Assembly: GCA_013151965.1 (NCBI GenBank)
Contig: JAADHF010000132.1
Location: 10,412-74,411, forward strand
From: Spirochaetota bacterium
Lineage (GTDB): Bacteria; Spirochaetota; Spirochaetia; SZUA-6
DNA: 64,000 nucleotides
Direction of reading: 5' to 3'
A program made the position numbers and the translations under genes. Positions within the stretch are counted from its first letter, which is position 1, and each line of letters starts with the position of its first letter. This document shows, in pieces, positions 48,160 through 59,026 of this stretch. The notes below the pieces were generated by a model. That model searched no databases, had not been told where the DNA came from, and saw nothing but the letters and a program-made list of their open reading frames with translations.

Positions 48160-49410
48160 ATGCAGTACAGAGCTGATTTACATATTCATTCAAAATATTC
48201 GATTGCAACTTCGAAACATGCTGATCTGGAAAATTATTACAGCTGGGCCCGTATTAAAGGTATCCGTATTATCGGGACAGGAGATTTTACACACCACGGG
48301 TGGCTGGGAGAAATAAAAGAGAAACTGGAACCTGCAGGCAACGGTTTTTTCAGGTTAAAGGAAAAACCGGTTACCGAAGCACTTACCCTTTTTAAACCGG
48401 CACCGCTCGATGTACTGTTCTGTCTGACCTCGGAAATAAGTTCTGTCTTTAAAAGGGATGGCAGAACTTACAGGGTGCACAGCCTTATCTTTGCCCCGGA
48501 CCTTGAAACGGTAAGCAGAATAAGAAAAAAACTTGAAATCATCGGCAATATCGGGTCGGACGGACGTCCTATTTTAAGACTGGACACAAAAGATCTTCTG
48601 GAAATAGTGCGGGATGCTTCTCCGGATGCATATCTTATTCCTGCACATATATGGACACCCTGGTATTCGGTTTTCGGATCCAAATCCGGATTTAACAGCA
48701 TGAATGAGTGTTTTGCAGATCTTACGGATGAGATTTTTGCATTGGAAACAGGGCTTTCCTCCGATCCCGGGATGAACCGGATGTGGAGCGATCTGGACAG
48801 ATTTACTCTTGTATCCAATTCCGACGCCCACTCACCGAATAAACTCGGACGTGAGGTTAATCTGTTCAGCACGGATTTAGGCTATGAGGCGATGTTCAGT
48901 GCTCTGAAAACAAAAGATGGATTTAACGGGACATACGAGTATTTTCCCGAAAAAGGTAAGTATCATCTCGACGGACACAGAAAGTGCGGTGTTTGCCTGA
49001 CTCCGGAGGAAACGGACAAACACAAAGGACGCTGCCCCGTTTGCGGGAAGCCTCTTACTATCGGGGTAATGCACAGGGTTGCGGACTGTGCCGACAGGAA
49101 GAAACCTCTTAAACCTTCCGGGCCAGACGGTTACAGGTATATTATGCCCCTCGATGAATTGTTAAGTACTGTTGCAGACTGCGGGGCAGGAACAAAAACC
49201 GTTCAGGTACTTTTAGTAAAGTTGATTCGTCTGTATGGTGATGAATTAACAACCGTACTCGATATACCTGCAGAGCGGATATCGAAGGATGCGGGAGAAG
49301 ATATTGCAGGTGCATTGGTAAAATTGAGAAGAGGGGATATTTCCCTGTCTCCCGGATTCGACGGTCAATTCGGAACTGTAAAAATGGGAACCGGTGAGCA
49401 TTTAAAGTAA
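48160..49410 (+). CDS. Endonuclease Q family (PHP domain + Zn ribbon) DNA repair nuclease
   Basis: DLHIHSKYS, GTGDFTH, PAHIWTPW, ETGLSSD, SNSDAHS, GKYHLDGHRKC, CPVCG, PGFDG.FG. Confidence 0.88.
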   Translation: MQYRADLHIHSKYSIATSKHADLENYYSWARIKGIRIIGTGDFTHHGWLGEIKEKLEPAGNGFFRLKEKPVTEALTLFKPAPLDVLFCLTSEISSVFKRDGRTYRVHSLIFAPDLETVSRIRKKLEIIGNIGSDGRPILRLDTKDLLEIVRDASPDAYLIPAHIWTPWYSVFGSKSGFNSMNECFADLTDEIFALETGLSSDPGMNRMWSDLDRFTLVSNSDAHSPNKLGREVNLFSTDLGYEAMFSALKTKDGFNGTYEYFPEKGKYHLDGHRKCGVCLTPEETDKHKGRCPVCGKPLTIGVMHRVADCADRKKPLKPSGPDGYRYIMPLDELLSTVADCGAGTKTVQVLLVKLIRLYGDELTTVLDIPAERISKDAGEDIAGALVKLRRGDISLSPGFDGQFGTVKMGTGEHLK

Positions 49411-49441
49411 TGTATATAAGTGTATATAAATAGAGGAAAAA

Positions 49442-50521
49442 ATGGCGGATACTTTGTTTGTAGCTATGAGCGGCGGTATCGATTCTACCGTTACATCTAT
49501 TCTTCTCCGGGACAGCTGGGAAAAGATGGCCGGTGCAACCCATTATATCTGGCCGGATTCACGCTGCTGCTCCCTGGATGTAAGGAGCCGGGCCGAATCC
49601 GTATGCAGGTCTTTAGGGATTCCCTACTATGTCGTGGATCTGGAGAAGGAGTTCAGAAAAGAGGTTGTTGACAATTTTATTACGACTTACCTTGAAGGCA
49701 GAACACCCAATCCGTGTATCATGTGCAACAGAAAGATCCGGTTTGATTATTTTTACAGCGGAATGGAAACCTTGCTGCGAAGAGAAGGTTTGCTTGGCAG
49801 CGGTGATACTCTGCACATGGCGACCGGGCACTATGTAAGGCTGGAACGGAAAAAGGGTACCCTTTTCTTAAAAAAAGGAAAAGATCCGGTAAAGGATCAG
49901 AGTTATATGCTCTACAGGATTCCTGCGCCTCTTCTTGATAAGCTGATTTTCCCTCTCGGCGGTTACCTTAAATCAGAGGTATATCGAATTGCAGCGGAAC
50001 ACGGCGTGCATGATGAGACTCTTAAGGAAAGCCAGGATGCCTGTTTTGTAGAGGATGATTACGGCGAATTTATAGAACGTGCAACAGGAAAATCCGGTTT
50101 ATTTAAGCAGGGCCCGATTAAAGATACAAAGGGCAATATCCTGGGAAAACACCGGGGGTATATCTACTATACTATAGGCCAGAGGAAAGGTCTGGGGCTT
50201 GGAAGCGGCCCGTGGTATGTTTCAGGGATCGATGCCGAAACGAACACCGTATATGTGGGCAGAAGGGAAGAGGCGGAGAGCAGGGTATTTACTGCCGGCG
50301 GACTTAACTGGTTTGGGAAACAGGCTGCTTCGAAAATATACTGTACCGTTAAGGTGCGGTATCAGTCATCGGAAATAAACTGCACGGTTATGCCGGAAAC
50401 AGAAGATATCGTAAAGGTTGTACTCGAAGAACCTGAATTTATTACACCCGGTCAGTCTGCGGTTTTTTACAGTGATCAACTTGTAATAGGAGGCGGATTT
50501 ATACTCTCCGTTACAAGATAA
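49442..50521 (+). CDS. mnmA: tRNA 2-thiouridylase MnmA
   Basis: AMSGGIDS, G.TPNPC..CN, ATGHY, KDQSY.L, ESQD.CF, YTIGQRKGL, TPGQSAVFY. Confidence 0.95.
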   Translation: MADTLFVAMSGGIDSTVTSILLRDSWEKMAGATHYIWPDSRCCSLDVRSRAESVCRSLGIPYYVVDLEKEFRKEVVDNFITTYLEGRTPNPCIMCNRKIRFDYFYSGMETLLRREGLLGSGDTLHMATGHYVRLERKKGTLFLKKGKDPVKDQSYMLYRIPAPLLDKLIFPLGGYLKSEVYRIAAEHGVHDETLKESQDACFVEDDYGEFIERATGKSGLFKQGPIKDTKGNILGKHRGYIYYTIGQRKGLGLGSGPWYVSGIDAETNTVYVGRREEAESRVFTAGGLNWFGKQAASKIYCTVKVRYQSSEINCTVMPETEDIVKVVLEEPEFITPGQSAVFYSDQLVIGGGFILSVTR

Positions 50522-51261
50522 AGCGTCTTTTTGCCGTGAATCCAGGAGACAGGCAGTAAAGAATCACGGTTCAGTAATCTTAAAAATGCATCGTGTTTGG
50601 CTTCGCCGTGAATCATAAATATAACAAGTTCCGCTGTATTTAGAAAATGAGCTGTCATCGACAGTCTCCACATATCATATTTTTTCCTGTAAACGGCAGC
50701 TGCGTTCCTTTTTATACCGGGATTAACCCTCTGGTGAAGGGGCTGTACGGGTTTTTCGTGTTTTGTGTGTTTTGCGGAATCCGGGACAACAAACTCACCG
50801 TCCGGAAAGAGCGATGCCGTGTGTCCGTCGGCTCCTATTCCCAGTAAAACTACATCGGGATGTACGTTTCTCTCCGAAAACCGCTTTCTTAACATTGTAT
50901 CGTATTGTTCGGCTGCTTCTACCGGGTTATCCGCTTCCGTATTCCATCCGAAAAAATTTACCTTCCCGGAATCTATTTCAGAAAATAGTAAATCACGTAT
51001 CATTTTTTCATTACTCTCCGGATGGCCGGAGGGAACCCATCGTTCATCACCCGGATACCAGTATGTGTTTTTAAGATTTAAACCGCCGGCCGTGTTTATC
51101 AGAGTTGAGAGCTTTGTATAACATTTTTCCGGGGTTCTTCCGCCTGCAAGTATGATATTTGCTTCGCCTGTCTTTACTTTTGTTTTGATCTTTGTAAACA
51201 CTACATTGGCGGTATATGTTGTTAAACCTGATAAGTCTTTGAATCTTTTAATGTTGGACAT
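50476..51261 (-). CDS. pgl: 6-phosphogluconolactonase
   Basis: LAGGRTP, GDERWVP..HPESN, LLGIGADGHTASLFP. Confidence 0.92.
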   Translation of the reverse strand: MSNIKRFKDLSGLTTYTANVVFTKIKTKVKTGEANIILAGGRTPEKCYTKLSTLINTAGGLNLKNTYWYPGDERWVPSGHPESNEKMIRDLLFSEIDSGKVNFFGWNTEADNPVEAAEQYDTMLRKRFSERNVHPDVVLLGIGADGHTASLFPDGEFVVPDSAKHTKHEKPVQPLHQRVNPGIKRNAAAVYRKKYDMWRLSMTAHFLNTAELVIFMIHGEAKHDAFLRLLNRDSLLPVSWIHGKKTLYLVTESINPPPITS

Positions 51262-51367
51262 TTTTTCTCACCTTTACTAATATGAGTGTTATTATGGTGC
51301 GGGTCAAGAAGCAGACAGAAGATATAATAGAACTACCGGAACTGCATTATAGATACAACGGGGATAA

Positions 51368-52168
51368 ATGAGCTTAAAGAACAGAAATTTTAAGAATCCT
51401 TTTAATAAGGCTCCTCTTTACTATTTAAAGGAAACGGAATCCACGATGCAGGATGCCCTTGAATTGATTGCCGGGTTTCAAAAGGGGGACGGGCCTTCCG
51501 TACTGCATGGTGCAGTTGTTATGGCCGGCTATCAGAGAAAAGGAAGGGGCCGGATAGCCGGACGAAGATGGTATGCCGCTCATGGTAAAAATTTGCTTTT
51601 TACCCTGGTTCTTCAGAAAGAGATTATAGAATTTCCCTATCTGCGGCTGCCTCTGATTACGGGAATTATTATCGCGGAAGTGCTGGAAAAAAAATATGCT
51701 CTTTCGGCTGCAATAAAGTGGCCTAATGATCTTCTGTATAATAACAGGAAATTAGCCGGCATTCTTTGTGAAACACATGAAAGACACATTCTGGTCGGAG
51801 TAGGTGTAAACTGCAATGAAGAGTTTAACTGCAGAAATTATAAAGATACCGAAAAAAAAGGGTTTTTCCCCGTATCACTTAAAGATATACTGCATAGGGA
51901 AATTAATCCTTTTAATCTGCTTGCTGATATCCTGTACGAATTTAAAATATACTTAAGAAGGCACGGCAGCGGAGATACAGCCTGGAATGATCAGCTTAAA
52001 AAGAGGCTTGCGGGAATAAACAGGAAAGTCAGAGTCCGCATGGGTACCGGAGAAACAGGCTGTATCGAGGCGGTTATTACCGGGATCGATGCGGAGGGGG
52101 TATTGATTCTCCGAGACATGGAGGGCGGAACGGTAAAACTTGTATCCGGAGAGATCGAGCTTATATAA
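51368..52168 (+). CDS. birA: Biotin-protein ligase (no N-terminal HTH)
   Basis: ESTM, QRKGRGR, IKWPND, KLAGIL, GVGVN. Confidence 0.92.
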   Translation: MSLKNRNFKNPFNKAPLYYLKETESTMQDALELIAGFQKGDGPSVLHGAVVMAGYQRKGRGRIAGRRWYAAHGKNLLFTLVLQKEIIEFPYLRLPLITGIIIAEVLEKKYALSAAIKWPNDLLYNNRKLAGILCETHERHILVGVGVNCNEEFNCRNYKDTEKKGFFPVSLKDILHREINPFNLLADILYEFKIYLRRHGSGDTAWNDQLKKRLAGINRKVRVRMGTGETGCIEAVITGIDAEGVLILRDMEGGTVKLVSGEIELI

Positions 52169-52173
52169 GCGGT

Positions 52174-52830
52174 TTATTTAAAATTAATAATTTCCCAGCC
52201 TCTTTCATTTGCAATTCTTCGAAGCCTGGAATCAGGATTTACCGCCACAGGATTACCTACGGATTCTAAGAGAGGAAGGTCGTGAATGCTGTCCGAATAG
52301 AAAGAACAGTCTGCGGAAGAATAACCCTTCTCTTTGATAAATTGTAATACCTTCTCTTTTTTACTCTCTCCGAAAATAGGAGCTTCTGTAAATACGCCTG
52401 TACATATACCGTCTTTAAACTCTAAGTTGTTTGCAATAATGTTTTCTACAAACAGGTATTCCGCAAGAGGTTTTACGATTACATTCAGCGATGAAGTTGC
52501 AAAAACGATTTCCCGGCCTTTTTGTTTAAGGCGTTCGATAAGAACCCTGGCTTCCGGATAGATGTCGTTCTTAAGCTTTTTTTCGAAGCTTTCTCTGGAT
52601 AAATTTTCCAGGGTATTCTCCCTGATACCGTTCAGCTGGGGAAAACCCTGTTCCATAAATGCGATATTGATATTACCGTATCTGTAATAAATATAGTAAA
52701 AAGGTATGGAAAACAGATACCGGGCAGGGAAAATTCTTTTTTTTATACCCATCAATATAAAATGTCTGCCGGATGAGCGTTGTGTAAGTGTATGGTCAAC
52801 ATCAAAAAAATCTATACCTGTCGATTTCAT
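52174..52830 (-). CDS. HAD-IB family hydrolase
   Basis: FFDVDHTL, FATSS, FYSDSIHDLPLL..VG.P.AVNPD. Confidence 0.9.
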   Translation of the reverse strand: MKSTGIDFFDVDHTLTQRSSGRHFILMGIKKRIFPARYLFSIPFYYIYYRYGNINIAFMEQGFPQLNGIRENTLENLSRESFEKKLKNDIYPEARVLIERLKQKGREIVFATSSLNVIVKPLAEYLFVENIIANNLEFKDGICTGVFTEAPIFGESKKEKVLQFIKEKGYSSADCSFYSDSIHDLPLLESVGNPVAVNPDSRLRRIANERGWEIINFK

Positions 52831-52950
52831 CAGGTTAGTAGATTACTTTGAAATACATGAGTTAGTCAAATAGATTGCATAGGAAATATTTATTATAATA
52901 GAAGGAAAATTACTGTTTTAAAGCATACGGAAAAAAATTCAAATTTTTTG

Positions 52951-52979
52951 TTGATGATTTGGAAAAGTATTTGTATCTT
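52951..52979 (+). promoter_or_regulatory. Putative sigma70 promoter of groEL
   Basis: TTGATG-N17-TATCTT upstream of the groEL RBS. Confidence 0.45.
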
Positions 52980-53020
52980 TTCATAAAGCGTTATTACGTT
53001 TATTCCATTCTATTATATAA

Positions 53021-54682
<1,662 letters not shown>

Positions 54683-54705
54683 TAGAATCTTTTAAAGTGA
54701 TATAC

Positions 54706-54741
54706 GGGGAGGTCCTTCCTTAAGAAGGATCTCCTCTTTTT
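54706..54741 (+). terminator. Rho-independent terminator after groEL
   Basis: GGGGAGGTCCTTC-cttaa-GAAGGATCTCCTC followed by TTTTT. Confidence 0.85.
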
Positions 54742-54762
54742 AATTAAGGATTAAGTTAACTG

Positions 54763-55401
54763 TTAGTAGAGGGTCTCCAGGAATCGTGGAAATTCATGTA
54801 CAATACCGATAAAATCTCCGAAACTGCTCAGATCAGCAATATTTTCGAAGTCTTTTAAGGTTTCTAACGGCTGTCCTCCTGTTTCTCTGTAAATGGAGCG
54901 AAGTTTTATAAAATAAGGCTCGAGATACTGATTTATCCCGCACCATCTGATGAAAGATTTACGGAGAACAGAAGTACCGTACTTTAGAATATGAAGAAAG
55001 AATATCGTACTTAATGCTGTTTCTGTTTCGGACGGACAGCCGGAGATTCTGTCCGGCGGCAGAGATAATCTATCCGCCCACTGCCGTATAATGCCGCTTC
55101 GTCCCTGAAAGCAGCATAGCAGATATAGAAATATTTCCGGAGGAAGTACAATATTATCAGCATTAAAGTAATTACCCATATTGTCCGTTACAGCCGGCCT
55201 GTCAAATGCACCGTGGCCTGAAATAAGTATGGTGTTAATATTTCCATAAGGCAGTAAATCCACAGTTCCGCCTTTCCACCGGAGCCAGTATGAGCTTTTG
55301 TTTTCCGTTATCTTTTTTAGAATATTTGAAATTCCTTTAAACTGCCGGTCGCTGTCGGAATAGCATGTAATAAAAAGTACTTTAAGGTCATTCGGGGTCA
55401 T
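54763..55401 (-). CDS. Hypothetical protein with caspase/CHAT-like (clan CD) His-Cys motifs
   Basis: ILISGHG ... LYLLCCFQG with CHAT-like spacing. ATGA overlap with the upstream PilZ gene. Confidence 0.5.
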   Translation of the reverse strand: MTPNDLKVLFITCYSDSDRQFKGISNILKKITENKSSYWLRWKGGTVDLLPYGNINTILISGHGAFDRPAVTDNMGNYFNADNIVLPPEIFLYLLCCFQGRSGIIRQWADRLSLPPDRISGCPSETETALSTIFFLHILKYGTSVLRKSFIRWCGINQYLEPYFIKLRSIYRETGGQPLETLKDFENIADLSSFGDFIGIVHEFPRFLETLY

Positions 55402-56414
55402 CTTTTTGCAGACGACGAATAGGACAGAATAAATCCTATTATTCTGTCCCTGAAAGATTCACGGATGGTATCAAAGCTTATATGAATTACATCATTATCA
55501 TTCGAAGTCCTTATAACTTCGCCTATAAGGCTGATCCTCTCTTCCCCGGATATATAGAAAATCAATTCTATATGATCACCGGTTCTAAACCTCTTTTCCG
55601 GATTAACAATACTTGCGCCGCCGCCGCCGAGATCGATAAAATTAGATTTTACAGCCTTTTCACTGGAACCTGCAACTCTGATAAGCAGAGGATTCGATAT
55701 GTTTTTTCTGTAGAATTTTCTCTTCTGCGTCATTTTCATTTTTTCGGAATGTGCAATAGATATAGTTCTGCCGTTTATTTTCTGAACAAAGGATTTAAAG
55801 CTGAAAACGCCGTTTTTTCTCTGGAACAGAACGGTTATGATACTGCCGGAAGCAGGAGGGATTTTACCTTCGCCTATTTCAACAATAAGAGACTGCGCCG
55901 TTATTTTTAAAAGAATTCCCTTAAATCTCCTTACCTTTCCCTGGAGTATATAGAGCTTGAGATGTTCGGGAAGTTCTGCTGTGGAATGAATACTGCTTTC
56001 CTGGTCTTTCAGTGTAAAACCCAATTTTAAACGAAGTGATGAAATAGAGCTTTGAGGTACTGCTTCATCATCGTTAAGCAGTTTGGCGGCGCATAAATTA
56101 AATGCAGCCTGGTTTATAAACAGATGGTGTTTTTCGATGTCCGCATTGTGCAGATAACGGGTCAGTTTTTCGATTAAATCTATTTCCGAAGGATTAAGCT
56201 GGAATTTACCGACGAATTTATCGTACTGCTCCTGAGAATATTGAATTTTTGAGTTAAGTGCTTTTTTTTTCTGATAGTTGTAAACATACATTAGAAGGGC
56301 GATAAAACTTGCCAGAAACAGAATAAGTAAAAAAAATTCAAAAGGACTTATCGTGAGTCCGCTTGCTATGCTTCCCAGGAATGATGACAGTTTATTCTGA
56401 TCCAGGATCCACAT
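55398..56414 (-). CDS. Membrane-anchored PilZ-domain (YcgR-like) protein
   Basis: N-terminal TM. QKRKFYR and DLGGGG motifs. Same layout as 11419-12540. Confidence 0.8.
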   Translation of the reverse strand: MWILDQNKLSSFLGSIASGLTISPFEFFLLILFLASFIALLMYVYNYQKKKALNSKIQYSQEQYDKFVGKFQLNPSEIDLIEKLTRYLHNADIEKHHLFINQAAFNLCAAKLLNDDEAVPQSSISSLRLKLGFTLKDQESSIHSTAELPEHLKLYILQGKVRRFKGILLKITAQSLIVEIGEGKIPPASGSIITVLFQRKNGVFSFKSFVQKINGRTISIAHSEKMKMTQKRKFYRKNISNPLLIRVAGSSEKAVKSNFIDLGGGGASIVNPEKRFRTGDHIELIFYISGEERISLIGEVIRTSNDNDVIHISFDTIRESFRDRIIGFILSYSSSAKR

Positions 56415-56497
56415 TGCATTCTCCTATTGAATTTCATCAGAGAGATGTTTAATATATAGGATATACGAGTTGTCAATCACATTCAAGGAGCAAAATA

Positions 56498-56794
56498 TTG
56501 ATCAGCAGAGAGGATTTTACTTTTACAATCGGGTACCGCGGAAATACTGCAATAGTGAATGGGTTATTAAAAAGAAAATATTCAAAATTATCCGCAAATG
56601 AACTTGCGGAAAGAGGTATGTTTAAATCTGCTATTTGTTATGCGCTCTATACATCCGGCGAAGAAGAATTTCGGAATATTCTTGCGTTTTACAATGAACA
56701 AACAGAGTATAAAGCCGATTCGGTGGAAGACCTTAAAAGAATATTCGGTGTAACAAGGGTGCCCGAGGAGGTGTCCAGGGTAATCAGCCTCTGA
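56498..56794 (+). CDS. Hypothetical protein
   Basis: 98 aa ORF, TTG start with AAGGAG RBS. Confidence 0.6.
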   Translation: MISREDFTFTIGYRGNTAIVNGLLKRKYSKLSANELAERGMFKSAICYALYTSGEEEFRNILAFYNEQTEYKADSVEDLKRIFGVTRVPEEVSRVISL

Positions 56795-56882
56795 TTACTC
56801 CTGCATCATGCACGCCCTCTCTTGACGAGATTGAAAAAAGTATGTTAATTTACCAGAAATCTTTAAATAAAAAGGAATTGCT

Positions 56883-57230
56883 ATGTTAAAAACTTATTTG
56901 GCTAATTTACCGCTGCTTCAGGCTGCGGGAGGCAGTGCAGGCGGACAGATGGTCACCATGCTGGTTACATTCGGTTTAATTATTCTTATCTTTTATTTCC
57001 TCGTAATACGTCCCCAGAATAAGAAACAGAAAGAGACAAAGGCAATGCTTACCGCCCTTAAGAAAGGCGACAGGGTAAGCACCGCAGGGGGTGTCAGGGG
57101 AACAGTTACCGCTGTAAAGGAACAGACTGTTACTTTAAAAGTAGATACCGATACAAAGATAGAGTTTAATAAAAGTGCTATCTCCAATGTTCTGGAGAGG
57201 AAAGAAAGCGTACCGGAAAAAAAAGAATAA
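56883..57230 (+). CDS. yajC: Preprotein translocase subunit YajC
   Basis: IFYFLVIRPQ.KKQK, LKKGDRV.T.GG..G.V. Confidence 0.96.
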   Translation: MLKTYLANLPLLQAAGGSAGGQMVTMLVTFGLIILIFYFLVIRPQNKKQKETKAMLTALKKGDRVSTAGGVRGTVTAVKEQTVTLKVDTDTKIEFNKSAISNVLERKESVPEKKE

Positions 57231-57301
57231 GGTAGTAACAATAATCCCTTTACAGACTGCCTGACACATTTTCATATTTAGAAATTCTAAGTGGAGTTAA
57301 A

Positions 57302-59026
57302 TTGATGAGTAAACGATGGAGATTTGTTCTTATACTTGTTCTATTAGCTGTTGCCTACTGGTTCCTCTATCCCACTGTAAAGTGGTATGTCTGGATTCCG
57401 GAAGAAAAAAAACAGATTGCAACAGGCTCGGCGGAACAGGTAAAATTATATTCAAGGCGGGAGGCTGATAAGATATTAAAAGATCTGTTGGCCATGGACC
57501 TGAATGATCCTTTTCCTTCGAAGTACTATTTTCTAACGGACAAGGCGAAGGAAAGGTATAAAATAGAGAAAAAACGCGTGCCGAAGGTGTGGAAGGTAAA
57601 AGAAGTATTAAGCAGTTATCCCAGTAAAGCGGCTATTTATGATGAAATAGAGAATCACTACCGCAAGGAAGTTGCCGATCTAAAAGAGCTCAGGGACAGG
57701 ACACTGCAGCTTGGACTCGATCTAAAAGGCGGTATGTATGTTGTTATAGAAGCCGATATCGCCGAACTGGAAAAGGAACAGGGAAAACCGATGACTGCCG
57801 CTGAAAAGGAAGATGTAATTAAGCGGGCTCTGGAAATACTTAATAACCGTATAGATCAGTTCGGTGTTACTGAGCCTCAGATCAGGAGACAGGGAACCAA
57901 TAGAATTATTGTCGAACTTCCGGGAGCTGCCGACAGAGAGAGGATGAACAAATTTATTTTGGGCAAAGGCAAACTGGATTTTCATATTGTCGATGATGAC
58001 GGTTTAAAGGCATTCAAAGAGTACCATGCACAGCATCCCAATGATTTTTTAGATGCTGATGGAAAATTAAAAGATCCCAACATCCTTCCAAAAGGAACGG
58101 AACTTTTAAAGGTTGTTCAGAAGGATGAGTATGGTATTCTGCAGACAAAGGGCTATACGGTTGTTAAAACTGAATCGGGTCTTGCCGGGACATATATAAG
58201 AGATGCAAGGGTAAGCAGGGATTCCTTATCGAATCAGCCGGTTGTTAATTTTTTCCTTACCAGTGAAGGAGGCGATATTTTTTATAAGTTGACAAGTGCG
58301 AATGTAAATAAAATGCTCGCTGTAGTCCTGGATAATAAGGTGCGTGCCCAGGCAAGAATTAGCCAACCAATAAGGGACGCAGTGCGGGTAACCGGTTTCG
58401 GGGCCTCCGAAGCCAAAGATCTGGCGCTGGTACTCCGGACAGGAGCGCTTCCGGTTCCGCTTGTTATTATCAACTCTACGGCAATCGGGGCTTCCCTGGG
58501 TGAAGATGCTATCCGTCAGGGAATAAAAGCGATTATACTCGGATTTATACTGGTTATCCTGTTTATGGCTATTTACTATCTCGGATCGGGTCTTATTGCC
58601 GATTTTGCCCTTGTACTGAACCTGTACTTTATGGTATCGATACTTTCCGTGTTTAACTTCACACTAACATTGACAAGTATTGCCGGTGTTATATTAACGG
58701 TAGGTATGGCTGTCGACGCAAATGTAATTATATTCGAAAGGATAAAAGAAGAGTACAGGATCGGTAAACAGAGAGCGGCCGCAGTAAAGGCCGGCTTTGC
58801 CAAGGCTTTCTGGACGATCATGGATGCCAATATCACGACATTTATAGCTGCTTTAGCCCTCTCGCAACTTGGGAAAGGCCCGATACAGGGTTTTGCCGTC
58901 ACACTGGCTATCGGTATCATTTCGTCGATGTTTACGGCTCTTTTTGTGTCACGGCTGATATTTGATTTTACTACCGATACGCTGAAAAGGAAAAAACTCA
59001 GCATCAGTTGGAGGGCATTAAGATGA
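57302..59026 (+). CDS. secD: Protein translocase subunit SecD
   Basis: LGLDLKGG, RIDQFGVTEP, IGASLG, GMAVDANVIIFERIKEE, DANITT. Confidence 0.97.
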   Translation: MMSKRWRFVLILVLLAVAYWFLYPTVKWYVWIPEEKKQIATGSAEQVKLYSRREADKILKDLLAMDLNDPFPSKYYFLTDKAKERYKIEKKRVPKVWKVKEVLSSYPSKAAIYDEIENHYRKEVADLKELRDRTLQLGLDLKGGMYVVIEADIAELEKEQGKPMTAAEKEDVIKRALEILNNRIDQFGVTEPQIRRQGTNRIIVELPGAADRERMNKFILGKGKLDFHIVDDDGLKAFKEYHAQHPNDFLDADGKLKDPNILPKGTELLKVVQKDEYGILQTKGYTVVKTESGLAGTYIRDARVSRDSLSNQPVVNFFLTSEGGDIFYKLTSANVNKMLAVVLDNKVRAQARISQPIRDAVRVTGFGASEAKDLALVLRTGALPVPLVIINSTAIGASLGEDAIRQGIKAIILGFILVILFMAIYYLGSGLIADFALVLNLYFMVSILSVFNFTLTLTSIAGVILTVGMAVDANVIIFERIKEEYRIGKQRAAAVKAGFAKAFWTIMDANITTFIAALALSQLGKGPIQGFAVTLAIGIISSMFTALFVSRLIFDFTTDTLKRKKLSISWRALR

